Shown: positions 28,839-39,088, counted from the first letter of the stretch. The stretch is DNA of 47,650 nucleotides from a virus (IMGVR_UViG_2541047798_000009); one strand, 5' to 3'. The notes: generated from the sequence alone by a model not told the origin. Program-made: numbers and translations.

Positions 28839-30800
28839 TCATGCCGCGGCATCCGCGTTGTTCACTTCCACCTTCACACTGTCAATCAGCAGCGTATATG
28901 TCGCCGCCTTTGATATGCCTGTCAGTTGCAGTTTGTCCGCCGCCCCTGATGCCGGAGATTTCACCAGTGTGAACGGCGTCCCCCGTTTCTCATCCAGTAC
29001 CGGCGTCACCTGAATGCTGTTGTTTCCGGCAAACTCAAAAGCCAGTGTGTGCCATCCGTTATCAAAGACCCCGAACGTATCCAGCTTCGCATTCGGCTTC
29101 TTGTGGTGCATCGCGTTCAGGTTCGTCGCATCCGTCTGCAGGAAGAAGGACATCAGCATGTCGTTGCCTTCCTCTGCCAGCGTCACTCCCTCCGGCAGGG
29201 ACGACAACTGCCAGTAAATGCCCAGGGCAAACTGATTCGGCACCAGTGAACCCGGCAACTTAAACCGTACGCTCACACGTCCCCCCTTCTTCAGTAACTC
29301 CACTCCCTGTCCGGCTGCATCATGCTCCAGAAACCAGATGTGGTTTTCCGGTTTATTCAGTTGCAGGGCCTTACCTCCCGTAGCCCCCGCATCACTGACC
29401 ACCGCTTCAGCAATGTTTTTGTTAACATTGTCTCCGCTCGCCGGTTTGTGATAATAGCGCCAGCCCTGTGATGCCAGGTCTTCGCCGGACGCCAGCAGAC
29501 TCATCAGGGTTCGGTTACTGACCGGGGCTTCCGGCTCTCTCTCCGTACCTTCACCGGAAGGTCCGGTGGGCTTCACCGTATCAGGCTGTTTTCCGGTAAT
29601 GAATTCAGCGTTTCTCCCGGCATGCACAAGAATCGCCGTTGCCAGACGGTCGGAAATAATCCCACGACGTGCCCATGATCCAAAATGCGTTTTACGGTCA
29701 GCCGTCGTCCAGGTTTTGGCGTCCGTTCGACCACCGGCTCCGTAATACCCAATATCCGCAACATCCGGATCTTCTGACGGCTCGTTGGTACCCACATTTC
29801 GCCCGTTTTCATCCGTCATAAACGGCACAAAGAAGATTTTTTTTGCGGATTTCGTCTTGTATGCACCATACACCGCATCGTATTGCGAAGAATAAGTCTG
29901 CTTCCAGTAGTAGGTCGTGTCGCCACAAATCCAGGGAACTGATGACGGAGAGCCCCCGAGACACTGACCTCCGAATTCCGACAGGTCAGAACGATATTTT
30001 TCCACCATGGAATCAAACAGCCCCGGCTGAGTGGCGTATGCACCCTGTTTCAAATCAAACTCGCCCTGCATCCAGACCACTGCAAGCAGAATATTTTTAG
30101 GGTTGGCCTTCAGTGCGGCCTGAGTACGGGTAAGCAGGTCCTTGTACAGTGGCTTATCTACACCCCAGCGTGCCGAGGTCTCGCTTGCGCCGGTGGATTC
30201 GCTGAAGGTACCTTCATCGCCCGCCAAAAATGCAGAACCACCACGGCAGCACGGAACCAGAAGAATACCGGCATTCGCCGGAATAAACGGCAACAATTTC
30301 TTCGCGATATGTAATCCCTGCCCCACGCATCCATACTGAGCTGCGCTGGCTTTCGGGTGTGAAAACTTACTCAAATCCTGAACATCATGCAGGCAGTGGT
30401 CCGCAGGAATAATGTCATTGTAGTTACAGGACGCACCACCCGGCGTGACAGTGCTGCGACGCGCCAGCTGTTTAATACGCGGGTCCGGACGGTCATATGT
30501 CTCCGGCAGCGGAAGCCCTTCACCATACGCCATACCGTTTGACTGCCCGGCCAGGGCAACAACAAAGTAATACTCCGGGTTGCTGGTGGTGCTGATAACT
30601 GCGCCTTCTCCATCCGACGGCTTCACCACCACAGGTGTGGTGACATCACCTTCCGCCGCAATGGCCTGCATCAGGGTATAAGGCGTGATGGCCACCGGAC
30701 TGCCAAATGGCTGCCACCCCTCCTTCAGTTTTTGTGTCAGTCGTTTCGCAAGGTCTGACGGCGATGCCGCCCTGACCACGTCATAGTGTTTAAATGCCAT
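28839..30800 (-). CDS. Prophage sialate O-acetylesterase (NanS-p-like: DUF1737 N-domain plus SGNH esterase, 653 aa)
   Basis: N-terminal MAFKHYDVVRAASPSDLAKRLTQKLKEGWQPFGSPV... and size match the large esterase ORF found downstream of stx in Stx phages, as recalled. Confidence 0.8.
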   Translation of the reverse strand: MAFKHYDVVRAASPSDLAKRLTQKLKEGWQPFGSPVAITPYTLMQAIAAEGDVTTPVVVKPSDGEGAVISTTSNPEYYFVVALAGQSNGMAYGEGLPLPETYDRPDPRIKQLARRSTVTPGGASCNYNDIIPADHCLHDVQDLSKFSHPKASAAQYGCVGQGLHIAKKLLPFIPANAGILLVPCCRGGSAFLAGDEGTFSESTGASETSARWGVDKPLYKDLLTRTQAALKANPKNILLAVVWMQGEFDLKQGAYATQPGLFDSMVEKYRSDLSEFGGQCLGGSPSSVPWICGDTTYYWKQTYSSQYDAVYGAYKTKSAKKIFFVPFMTDENGRNVGTNEPSEDPDVADIGYYGAGGRTDAKTWTTADRKTHFGSWARRGIISDRLATAILVHAGRNAEFITGKQPDTVKPTGPSGEGTEREPEAPVSNRTLMSLLASGEDLASQGWRYYHKPASGDNVNKNIAEAVVSDAGATGGKALQLNKPENHIWFLEHDAAGQGVELLKKGGRVSVRFKLPGSLVPNQFALGIYWQLSSLPEGVTLAEEGNDMLMSFFLQTDATNLNAMHHKKPNAKLDTFGVFDNGWHTLAFEFAGNNSIQVTPVLDEKRGTPFTLVKSPASGAADKLQLTGISKAATYTLLIDSVKVEVNNADAAA

Positions 30801-31398
30801 GAATCCTCCCGGCCGGGATAATATTGTGAGTAAAATAAGGAGCGGGCTGAAGTCCGGAAGTTACAGGACAATGGCAGAAGAGAGACGACAGCCCGCAATT
30901 CGAAAAAGACCGCGCAGTTGCGCAGAGTGATTACTATGGGGTATTATTCGTCAGCTGAAATATTACTTCACGTTTTATTGTTTATTCCTTGCCGCCCGCG
31001 TCTCCCAGCGCGGGCTTTTTTTGTCCATAAGAAAGCCCCTCCGGAGAGGGGCTGGAGAGTGGCGCTATGTGCCATTGCATGATGCCGGGTGCCTCCCGGT
31101 GAGTTCAGCCCGGTGACACTGAACCCGCGTCATTCTCGTTTTGATAATCAGAGATTATACCATCACCAGTCGCCCCTCCGCTCAGGGGGATTCACCATGC
31201 CGTTCTCTTTTAACAAATTCGCCGCTAACAGGACAACATTCCGCTTTCTGAGTTGTGAGGAATTTAACACTTCACACCTGTGTGCATTTTCTACAGGCTG
31301 ATCCCAGCACCACAATACATCGCAGGCAACAGAAGCCAAATGCCCCACCACAGAAAAAACATGCAATTATGATTATTGTTTACTGCAAAGATGTAGAA

Positions 31399-31827
31399 TC
31401 ACGGTTTAAAATCCAGCACTCCATTGTGAAATACTTTATATACTTCCGGAGACGGCGGAACTGGTATATCAGCATGCTTCACCGCATTCATCGCTTCACG
31501 ACATAAATCGGGGTCTCCACCTTCTCTTTTAACCTGTAGCAGAAGACCATTCGGGGCCATATACATTCTCAGTGAACACTCTTTTCCTGAATACTTACTC
31601 GCATCCTTTAACTGTTCTTCTATGGCTTTCCTGACCTGAATGGCATACTGCCTGATTTCTTCACTGGCATCAGGGGTACGTTCCGATGAGCTCAAATTTT
31701 GCGACTTTATTAATTTATCTGAGTGATACAGAGAAGCATCATAATTATTTGTCGATACATCTTTTGTGCAGCCAGTTGTCAGACTGGCTAATATCAAAAC
31801 AAGAACTGGTACAGCACGGCAATACAT
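31399..31827 (-). CDS. Lipoprotein of unknown function (142 aa; possible TolA/TonB C-terminal-like fold)
   Basis: Signal peptide with lipobox LTTGC; occupies the slot between the tRNAs and the esterase where stx sits in Stx phages. Confidence 0.5.
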   Translation of the reverse strand: MYCRAVPVLVLILASLTTGCTKDVSTNNYDASLYHSDKLIKSQNLSSSERTPDASEEIRQYAIQVRKAIEEQLKDASKYSGKECSLRMYMAPNGLLLQVKREGGDPDLCREAMNAVKHADIPVPPSPEVYKVFHNGVLDFKP

Positions 31828-32105
31828 TTATCCATCTCCATATTAACAAGAACAATTATCTATAAAATATAGTAAATATGCGGGATCCGGGAGGACTTGT
31901 AACTATCATCTCCGGATCAGCATGTAGTTTTTATTTTTCCGGATGATATATGCCGCAATAATACCTCTGCATACAGATGCCTGCAAATATCTGCGAAGCA
32001 TCCGGCGAGAATAAACAAGGAAGTCTGAGGCTATCTTATATGATAGCCTGTTGCTCAAAAGACAATGATTCACTCATCAGAACCAACAACGCATAATGCA
32101 GATAA

Positions 32106-32182
32106 TGGACCGCCATCGAGGACTCGAACCCCGCGCAGCCAGCTTCGAAGGCTGGCGCTCTATCCCGATGAGCTAATGGCGG
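32106..32182 (-). tRNA. tRNA-Arg (anticodon UCG by hand folding)
   Basis: Hand-folded cloverleaf: 7-bp acceptor, D-arm GCTC/GAGC, anticodon stem CCAGC/GCTGG with loop CTTCGAA, T-arm CGGGG-TTCGAGT-CCTCG, CCA encoded. Confidence 0.7.
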
Positions 32183-32191
32183 TATGTGATA

Positions 32192-32267
32192 TGGTGGCCC
32201 TTGCTGGATTTGAACCAGCGACCTGGCGATTATGAGTCGCTCGCTCTCACCACTGAGCTAAAGGGCC
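32192..32267 (-). tRNA. tRNA-Ile2 (anticodon CAU, ileX/ileZ-like)
   Basis: Sequence GGCCCTTTAGCTCAGTGGTGAGAGCGAGCGACTCATAATCGCCAGGTCGCTGGTTCAAATCCAGCAAGGGCCACCA is very close to E. coli ileX as recalled; anticodon loop CTCATAA. Confidence 0.8.
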
Positions 32268-32307
32268 GGGCGCAGGATAATAACGGTACGTAACTAATTC
32301 TGCAATA

Positions 32308-32646
32308 TCATCCGTTCTGACTGACTAAATCCTGAACTTCCCGAACCGTCTGCTCAAAACGTTCAGTCTCCAGCTCAACGCCTGTAGCACGACGGCCCAG
32401 TGCCAGTGCAGCTTTAACTGTTGAACCTGACCCCATAAAAAAATCTGCAACCAGGTCACCCGGACGACTGCTTGCGCTGATTATCTGCTGCAGCATTTCT
32501 GCCGGTTTTTCGCACGGATGTTTCCCGGGATAGAACTGCACCGGTTTATGCGTCCAGACATCGGTATACGGCACCTGCGCCGTCACGCCAAAATACCGCC
32601 GCAGTCGGCATTCACAACCACCAGCGCATTTAACGTTCAGGCACAA
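32308..32646 (-). pseudogene. C-terminal fragment of a DNA N6/N4 methyltransferase (truncated at about 32640)
   Basis: Contains ...FYPGKHPCEKPAEMLQQIISASSRPGDLVADFFMGSGSTVKAALALGRRATGVE (AdoMet-binding motif) but no catalytic DPPY region; upstream sequence switches abruptly to AT-rich porin promoter DNA. Confidence 0.6.
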
Positions 32647-33096
32647 AAAAACCCGCTCGACGGCGGGTTTAAGCTGTGTGACGAAGTAACCACTCTTAAC
32701 AGCATAACCAATTTTTTACGTACGTAAACTACTAAATGATATTTGTGAGAATGCCACCGAGTGTTCAAAACACCACCACAAATACATAAGAAAACCTCAA
32801 CAAATAACCAATGAATAATTTCCGATGTTATTTTTAGGTTGTTTAAATTAAGCCAAAAAATTATAGGGCGCTTATAAATAAGTGTCATTAATATAAATTA
32901 GCTAATAGATTTATTTTTGTTCAAACAAGAGCCATGAATAGGATTAGATAGAAAAGGTTCAGATAAAAATAGAGATCTACGTCACAAATTAAATGAGAAA
33001 CTAAAACTTACATCTTGAAATAATCACATTGATTAGATGAATATTTATCGCGCAGTGACATCATTTTTTTATAATAGTTCAAAAAAAGGGCGTACA

Positions 33097-34179
33097 ATGA
33101 AAAAATTAACAGTGGCAATTTCTGCTGTAGCTGCATCAGTACTGATGGCGATGTCTGCTCAGGCAGCTGAAATTTATAATAAAGACAGTAACAAGCTGGA
33201 TCTATACGGGAAAGTTAATGCCAAGCACTACTTCTCCTCTAATGATGCAGATGATGGTGATACTACTTATGCTCGTCTTGGCTTCAAAGGTGAAACCCAA
33301 ATCAACGATCAACTGACTGGTTTCGGTCAGTGGGAATATGACTTCAAAGGCAACCGTGCTGAATCTCAAGGTTCTTCCAAAGACAAAACCCGTCTTGCAT
33401 TTGCAGGCCTGAAATTTGGTGATTACGGCTCAATCGATTACGGTCGTAACTACGGTGTAGCATACGACATCGGTGCGTGGACTGACGTTCTGCCAGAATT
33501 CGGTGGTGATACCTGGACCCAGACAGATGTGTTCATGACTGGCCGCACTACTGGTGTTGCAACTTATCGTAACAACGACTTCTTTGGTCTGGTCGATGGC
33601 CTGAACTTTGCTGCTCAGTATCAGGGTAAAAATGACCGCACTGACGTAACTGAAGCCAATGGTGATGGTTTCGGTTTCTCCACTACTTATGAGTATGAAG
33701 GATTCGGCGTGGGTGCAACCTATGCTAAATCAGATCGCACTGACGGTCAGGTCGCCTATGGTAAGAGCAAATTCAATGCCTCCGGCAAAAATGCGGAAGT
33801 ATGGGCTGCAGGCCTGAAATATGATGCGAACAATATCTATCTGGCTACCACATATTCTGAAACTCAGAATATGACCGTTTTTGGTAATAACCATATTGCA
33901 AACAAAGCACAAAACTTTGAAGCAGTAGCACAATATCAGTTTGACTTCGGTCTGCGCCCATCTGTTGCTTACCTTCAGTCAAAAGGTAAAGACCTTGGTG
34001 TTCATGGTGACCGAGACTTAGTCAAGTATGTCGATGTCGGTGCTACTTACTACTTTAATAAAAACATGTCCACTTTTGTTGATTACAAAATCAACTTAAT
34101 TGACGATAGTAAGTTTACCAAAACAGCTGGTATTGATACCGACGACATCGTCGCTGTAGGTCTGGTTTATCAGTTCTAA
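33097..34179 (+). CDS. Outer-membrane porin (OmpC/OmpF/NmpC/Lc family, 361 aa)
   Basis: Signal peptide [23 protein letters not shown] then [23 protein letters not shown]... and C-terminal ...[11 protein letters not shown]-rich promoter region upstream; antisense to late transcription as nmpC is in DLP12. Confidence 0.9.
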   Translation: MKKLTVAISAVAASVLMAMSAQAAEIYNKDSNKLDLYGKVNAKHYFSSNDADDGDTTYARLGFKGETQINDQLTGFGQWEYDFKGNRAESQGSSKDKTRLAFAGLKFGDYGSIDYGRNYGVAYDIGAWTDVLPEFGGDTWTQTDVFMTGRTTGVATYRNNDFFGLVDGLNFAAQYQGKNDRTDVTEANGDGFGFSTTYEYEGFGVGATYAKSDRTDGQVAYGKSKFNASGKNAEVWAAGLKYDANNIYLATTYSETQNMTVFGNNHIANKAQNFEAVAQYQFDFGLRPSVAYLQSKGKDLGVHGDRDLVKYVDVGATYYFNKNMSTFVDYKINLIDDSKFTKTAGIDTDDIVAVGLVYQF

Positions 34180-34367
34180 TCTGACTTACGAAAAAGATAT
34201 GTTGCGGGAGGCTTTGCCTCCCCAACATATAAGTGGAGCCCTCAAGCCACTTCCTTTAGAAGCACTACCTTGCTTCTTACTATATAAACCTTCTGTTATA
34301 TATTACCCTTTATTTTGGGGGCGTTTCCACGCCCCATTTTTAATAACTTTTAGTAAATAATTGCATA

Positions 34368-34760
34368 TCAATTAGAATTATTAGCAACGATATCCATATC
34401 TAACCGGATATCTAATGCCATTAACATCCCTTCAATTATGCCCTCAGCCTTCTGTAACCTTTTCCCGATATAACCATCCGAGCAGCAATGCTTACTTGCC
34501 AGTGACATGAATGTCATACCACATACATAATAATCTACTAATAAATCGTGTAAATCGCTGTTGTTCTTTTTCAGACGGGCCATGCACCCGCAAATGATCA
34601 TCGCGTCATCGTCACAACATTGCGGGCGAGATTTTACTTTTGAAGGAATTAATCCCTTAAAACCGGCAGCAATGGACGACCAGGTCACATCCTCATGATT
34701 ATTTGCCGCCCATGCGCCCCAGCGTTCAAGAACCATCTGAATATCACGCATTATTCGCAC
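34368..34760 (-). CDS. Late-gene antiterminator Q (DLP12 QuuD-like, 130 aa, GTG start)
   Basis: [60 protein letters not shown]... matches QuuD as recalled. Confidence 0.88.
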   Translation of the reverse strand: MRIMRDIQMVLERWGAWAANNHEDVTWSSIAAGFKGLIPSKVKSRPQCCDDDAMIICGCMARLKKNNSDLHDLLVDYYVCGMTFMSLASKHCCSDGYIGKRLQKAEGIIEGMLMALDIRLDMDIVANNSN

Positions 34761-35608
34761 TCACCAACCAGATTGAGAATGACCGCTGCACCGTCGTCTT
34801 CCATGCATTCACCCTTACCACTTGCCAGAAACCAGCGGCACGCCTCCACGGCTTCAGCGCGTGTCACCGGTTTGATGGTTGCCAGCAATTTTTCAAGGTA
34901 GCGCTCCCGGTCATATACCGATTCGTGATGCTCAGAGTAACCAAACTCATCGCCCTGTTCTTTAGTTGCAGTGTGGCGAACACTGTAGAGCCAGTCCCAG
35001 TAAACGAACTCGCGAACAACATCAGACAGCGTATAAGGCTCAGGCAGCACATCGCGATATCCATCAACAAATGCCCGACGCTGTTCATCAATTTCGGTCA
35101 TGCGGCTGCCGCCAATGCTTCCGGCTTTTTTCTCTGCCGCAGTCCAGCCCCAGAGATGATCGTTGATAAATTTCTGGGAAGACCTGATGACCCGCTCTGC
35201 TTCCACATCTTCGAGCGCTGCTTCATAGCTACCAAACATAGCCCTGACTGATGCCGCTTTTTTGATGTTCTCCCGGGCGTTCCTGATAACCTGCGCAGGG
35301 TTATCCATGCCGATGATGCCGAACGCAACCTGGAAAGGTTCGTAACCATTCGCCAGCAGATAACGCGAATAGCGTTCCTGAGCCTCTTTTGGGGAAATTT
35401 TAATTTTCACCAGCGCAGCCTCAGCAGCATCCAGATGTGCGGGTTCGTTCAGACGGATAACCTCCAGCACCCAAAGATAAGCATCAGTCTGCTTATGCCC
35501 GGTGATTCTCCGTTGCTCTGGCAGGGGCTTGATGTTTGCGAGGGCGGAGCTGTACGCTGCCGTCGGGATGGTGAATAGTGCTTTATGTTCGTTATTATCA
35601 GTACGCAT
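34751..35608 (-). CDS. Hypothetical protein (285 aa) in the nin-equivalent region upstream of Q
   Basis: Long ORF coupled to neighbouring genes; no domain recognised. Confidence 0.5.
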   Translation of the reverse strand: MRTDNNEHKALFTIPTAAYSSALANIKPLPEQRRITGHKQTDAYLWVLEVIRLNEPAHLDAAEAALVKIKISPKEAQERYSRYLLANGYEPFQVAFGIIGMDNPAQVIRNARENIKKAASVRAMFGSYEAALEDVEAERVIRSSQKFINDHLWGWTAAEKKAGSIGGSRMTEIDEQRRAFVDGYRDVLPEPYTLSDVVREFVYWDWLYSVRHTATKEQGDEFGYSEHHESVYDRERYLEKLLATIKPVTRAEAVEACRWFLASGKGECMEDDGAAVILNLVGECE

Positions 35609-36576
35609 TACGCAACCGCCTTTTTCTTATGGAAAACCAGCTCTCGAACCTGATCACCGTTCATGAGCATATTGTTGAAATCATCGTGATCCGGCCAGTA
35701 CACGCTCACGCGCTGCAGGTCATTCTTTGCCATCAGATTGGCATGAGCACATTCGCAAGCCGCAGCCAGCCCGGTGGCGCTGTTCTCGTCACGGTCGGCA
35801 AAAATAATCAGGTGCAGAACACCAGCTGGTACGCGAAACTTTTTCATAAAGCCGCTGTTAATGGTTGCCCAGGTGTTCACGTTATAAATCTGGTGCGCTG
35901 ACAGCGCTGTTTCGATGCCTTCGGCGATACCCAGAGTGCTGGCGACAGGAAACATGCGGATAGCTACAGAACGAGCGTGATCCAAATAGTTATCTTCCTG
36001 CAGGGATTTGAGGCGCTTTGCACTGCTACCGATATCTGCTTTTTTATCACCATCAAGCAGAGTCTGGTGCAGATAGCACAACTCCCCTTTATCGTCCGTA
36101 GCAAGTGAATAAAGAGACTGGAACACACTCCCGTTGTGTCTCTGCCTGGCATTGAACCGGATCGCCTCAGCAGGAAGACTGAATATTCCACGAGAATTAA
36201 GATACGCTGCGCCGGATGTACCACGCAGTGCCTCCAGTTTTGAAAACTTGCTCAATACCCGTTTGCGTAAGCTGGTGGCGCTGCTGGTTACCGGGATTTT
36301 AACCCGTTGGTAATCATTACCGATCAGGCGGTCTATTTCGGTACAAATCTCGTTAAATGGCTTCGCCTGTGTCAGGGTGACAAGTTTCATACCATCGCCA
36401 CTACCACATACACAGATCCACGTTCCTGCACCGTCGCGGTCGTCAATTCGGAACTTGCCACGTGCACCGCATACCGGGCATTCACCCTTGAAGTGATTTT
36501 TTCCGGTTATCGGCGGCAGACCGAAGTGCTCTAATATTTCAGGCCAGCGGCCTTTCGCTGCATCTGCTGTTTTCAT
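35608..36576 (-). CDS. DNA primase (zinc-ribbon plus Toprim domain, 322 aa)
   Basis: CPVCGARGKFRIDDRDGAGTWICVCG zinc ribbon; Toprim motifs GIAEGIETALS and LIIFADRDENSATG. Confidence 0.8.
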   Translation of the reverse strand: MKTADAAKGRWPEILEHFGLPPITGKNHFKGECPVCGARGKFRIDDRDGAGTWICVCGSGDGMKLVTLTQAKPFNEICTEIDRLIGNDYQRVKIPVTSSATSLRKRVLSKFSKLEALRGTSGAAYLNSRGIFSLPAEAIRFNARQRHNGSVFQSLYSLATDDKGELCYLHQTLLDGDKKADIGSSAKRLKSLQEDNYLDHARSVAIRMFPVASTLGIAEGIETALSAHQIYNVNTWATINSGFMKKFRVPAGVLHLIIFADRDENSATGLAAACECAHANLMAKNDLQRVSVYWPDHDDFNNMLMNGDQVRELVFHKKKAVA

Positions 36577-36577
36577 C

Positions 36578-38236
36578 TTACTGACTCAGACTGTTTATAT
36601 TTTTCTGGAGTTGGTGCTTTGCCTGCATGATGCGCCAGGCCTCACTGCCTGCCGGTATCTCACGTCGTTCATCACGTTCCTGAGATAAATCAATCGTTGT
36701 TTGTGCGTTTTCAGTGACCTTCTGAACCCGCTGGTGGCCTTTGGCAAACCGGATCAGTTTGTGTCTGATGTAGTTATTTACCTCAGGGGTAATTTCCATC
36801 GGAAAGTTACTCAGTCCGTCAGGCCACTCACCGAACTTTTCCCGGAAAGTGTGAGCACACCATCCGTCACTGACTGGACGCCCCAGCGAAGCACGCTGGC
36901 GCTGATAAAATTTGATCTGACTCCACCAGGACTGTTTCTCTGCCTTCGTCGACTGATGCTGATTTTTACCCAGCTTATTAAGTTTGCGGCTAGTGTCAGT
37001 ATCAACGTCTTCACCTCGCAGCGGCTTGTGTCCACATTTCGGGCAAACATAGACGCCTGCTGGCTTCATGTAGTGGCATTGAGGGCATTCATGTGGCAGT
37101 TTTTCGGCCCGTTCCTCAACTGCCCGGCGCGCGCTTTCCTCCATGCCGTCAGACTTACCGGGAAGCTCGTCGTACTCGATTGAATCCGGATAACCCAAAC
37201 GGTGCACGGTGCCGCTGTGATCGAAGATAAGGCAGGACTCTTTACCCGGTGCGGTGCGCAGCCCACGCCCGAGAGCCTGCAACCAGCGAATTTCGCTTTT
37301 TGTTGGCCTGGCGTAGATGATGCAACGAACGTCACTATCAAAGCCGGCCACCAGAACGCCCACACTAACGATGATTTTCGTTGCACCGGTTTCAAAGCGG
37401 TGAATGATGGTCTGGCGCTCATCTACCGGAGTGTCGGCGGTCATTACCTCAGCGTTAACACCCGCCAGGTTAAACTGGATTGTCAGATAATTGGCGTGAG
37501 CTACGTTGACGCAGAAAGCGATGGTAGGTAAATCCCGACCATTCTCCAGCCAGTTCTGTACGATGTCGCCCACCAGCGTAGAGCCGCACATGATTTCAGC
37601 CAGCTGTGTTTCGTTGTAATCGCGGCCGTACTCAAGCGAAGATGTGGTTTTAACACCTTTCAGATCCGGCTTAGTTGGCGCGTAAAATTCGTATTTACTC
37701 AGATCGCCACGCTGGATTAACTCGCCGATGGTGGTCGGCTTAATCAGTCGGTCATAGTATTTGCCCAGGAACGGAGAAAACGGAGTACCCGACAGGCCAA
37801 TCACCTTTACGCCTTTGCCGCGCAGACGTTCGATATCCTTCAGGATGCGTTTTTTACGCAGGTGCGCTTCGTCGATAATCAGCAGATCGATATTTTCAGG
37901 AAAAACACGACGAATAAGCGTGTCAGCGCTGGCAATCTGAATTTTCCGGTCCGGATCGTAGTTCGGGTGATCCGCCCAGATATAACCGATTTCATCTCCA
38001 GGTAAACCATACTGCACGAACCGATTAGCCGTCTGACCAATCAGGATGGTGTACGGAACACAGAACAGAACACGCATACCACGGCTGACAAAACCAGCAA
38101 CTATGAAGGCTGCCAGACCCGTTTTACCGCTACCTGTTGGCGAATACACCATGAAGGTGTCGTTTGCCTTCCAGTCACGGCGCAACATGTTTAACGCTCG
38201 TTCCTGTGCAAAATTCGGCGTGATCGTCAGCTCCAT
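36578..38236 (-). CDS. SF2 (DEAD/DEAH-box) DNA helicase with C-terminal zinc ribbon (552 aa)
   Basis: Walker A YSPTGSGKTG, DEAH box LLIIDEAH, SGTP motif, and CPQCHYMKPAGVYVCPKCGH. Confidence 0.85.
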   Translation of the reverse strand: MELTITPNFAQERALNMLRRDWKANDTFMVYSPTGSGKTGLAAFIVAGFVSRGMRVLFCVPYTILIGQTANRFVQYGLPGDEIGYIWADHPNYDPDRKIQIASADTLIRRVFPENIDLLIIDEAHLRKKRILKDIERLRGKGVKVIGLSGTPFSPFLGKYYDRLIKPTTIGELIQRGDLSKYEFYAPTKPDLKGVKTTSSLEYGRDYNETQLAEIMCGSTLVGDIVQNWLENGRDLPTIAFCVNVAHANYLTIQFNLAGVNAEVMTADTPVDERQTIIHRFETGATKIIVSVGVLVAGFDSDVRCIIYARPTKSEIRWLQALGRGLRTAPGKESCLIFDHSGTVHRLGYPDSIEYDELPGKSDGMEESARRAVEERAEKLPHECPQCHYMKPAGVYVCPKCGHKPLRGEDVDTDTSRKLNKLGKNQHQSTKAEKQSWWSQIKFYQRQRASLGRPVSDGWCAHTFREKFGEWPDGLSNFPMEITPEVNNYIRHKLIRFAKGHQRVQKVTENAQTTIDLSQERDERREIPAGSEAWRIMQAKHQLQKNINSLSQ

Positions 38237-38649
38237 TGTGCAGCTCCCGTGCTGATGAGATAATAATTTTGTGATGTGGTTTTCATGGATTCCCCCTCAC
38301 ATGGCTGGTGGCCTCCCCAAAGGCTGCCAGCCTCCCTTCTGATTCAGCTCCTCTGAAAAATCACTCTTCCAGGAAGAACCCTTTTCGTTTCTCAGCGCCT
38401 GAGCGCTTTGTACTACCTTGCTGATACGGGCGTTTTTTTAAATTGCGCCCTTAAGACAGTGATCTACTTAACCAATGGATCTCTCCTGTTGGAAAAGACC
38501 CTATTCCTGCCCCAACACCCAATCCCCCCTTACCCCCCTTACCCTCTTCCCCATAAAAACGTACTACTTCCCTAGTACACATGAGGAGTTGGGTCAGTTG
38601 GTTGCCAACCTGAACAGGCACCTTTAAGCCTGCTTCTGTTCGGGTACCT

Positions 38650-38958
38650 TTAAACCCGAAACAATGAGGAGCGCGATTGCGTTCCTGCCAGGGGCGGCTG
38701 AGTTGTATACCCCTGTAAAGCTCTGCCCTGATTTCTCACAAACAAGCGGAGCCTTGTGTTTGCTTCGTGCCTTGCTCTGTTCTCCTTGCGGAATGAAACA
38801 GGCTCAGCGTCAAAAGTGATTTCGTATACCTCCGCATATTTCAGGGCGACCTTCCGTCTCAGTGACGGAGGCAGCCCCTGTAACTGCTGCTGAATCCACT
38901 CTTCGTCTGCCTGGCAGTACCTAGCTGGCATTTCAACCCTGACTAAATCCTGTTGCAT
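38650..38958 (-). CDS. Hypothetical protein (102 aa); C-terminal 20 aa run into the C-rich intergenic region and may not be native
   Basis: ORF from the track; the first ~80 aa look protein-like, the tail is low-complexity. Confidence 0.35.
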   Translation of the reverse strand: MQQDLVRVEMPARYCQADEEWIQQQLQGLPPSLRRKVALKYAEVYEITFDAEPVSFRKENRARHEANTRLRLFVRNQGRALQGYTTQPPLAGTQSRSSLFRV

Positions 38959-38961
38959 GGC

Positions 38962-39081
38962 TTACTCTTCCCGCTTCGCTATGAGGTTATAAACCCCGCT
39001 GATCGGGTCATACCATATGCTGCGTGGCAGCAGCTTCTGGAAGTAGCGCGGATCTGGCATTACGGTTGACTGTTGTGACAT
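38962..39081 (-). CDS. Small ORF (39 aa) coupled to the cro-like gene
   Basis: ATG sits 4 nt after an AGGTG that overlaps the cro-like stop; the start lies inside a 12-bp perfect palindrome GTGACATGTCAC. Confidence 0.3.
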   Translation of the reverse strand: MSQQSTVMPDPRYFQKLLPRSIWYDPISGVYNLIAKREE

Positions 39082-39088
39082 GTCACAC

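Noticed and set aside
30990-31301. Small ORFs and a plus-strand hairpin plus T-run in the 600-bp gap upstream of the esterase gene
   Set aside because: A 31-codon hydrophobic-ish ORF ending at the terminator was considered as a type I toxin-like peptide, but it has prolines in the hydrophobic stretch, a weak RBS and no clear antisense partner; left unannotated.
30801-32100. Shiga toxin stxA/stxB genes in the tRNA-to-esterase interval
   Set aside because: No ORF pair of the right size (about 315 aa plus 89 aa with signal peptides) is present; the interval holds only a 142-aa lipoprotein gene and non-coding DNA.
36701-37183. 160-aa plus-strand ORF inside the helicase gene
   Set aside because: Antisense to a gene with intact helicase motifs; no independent support.
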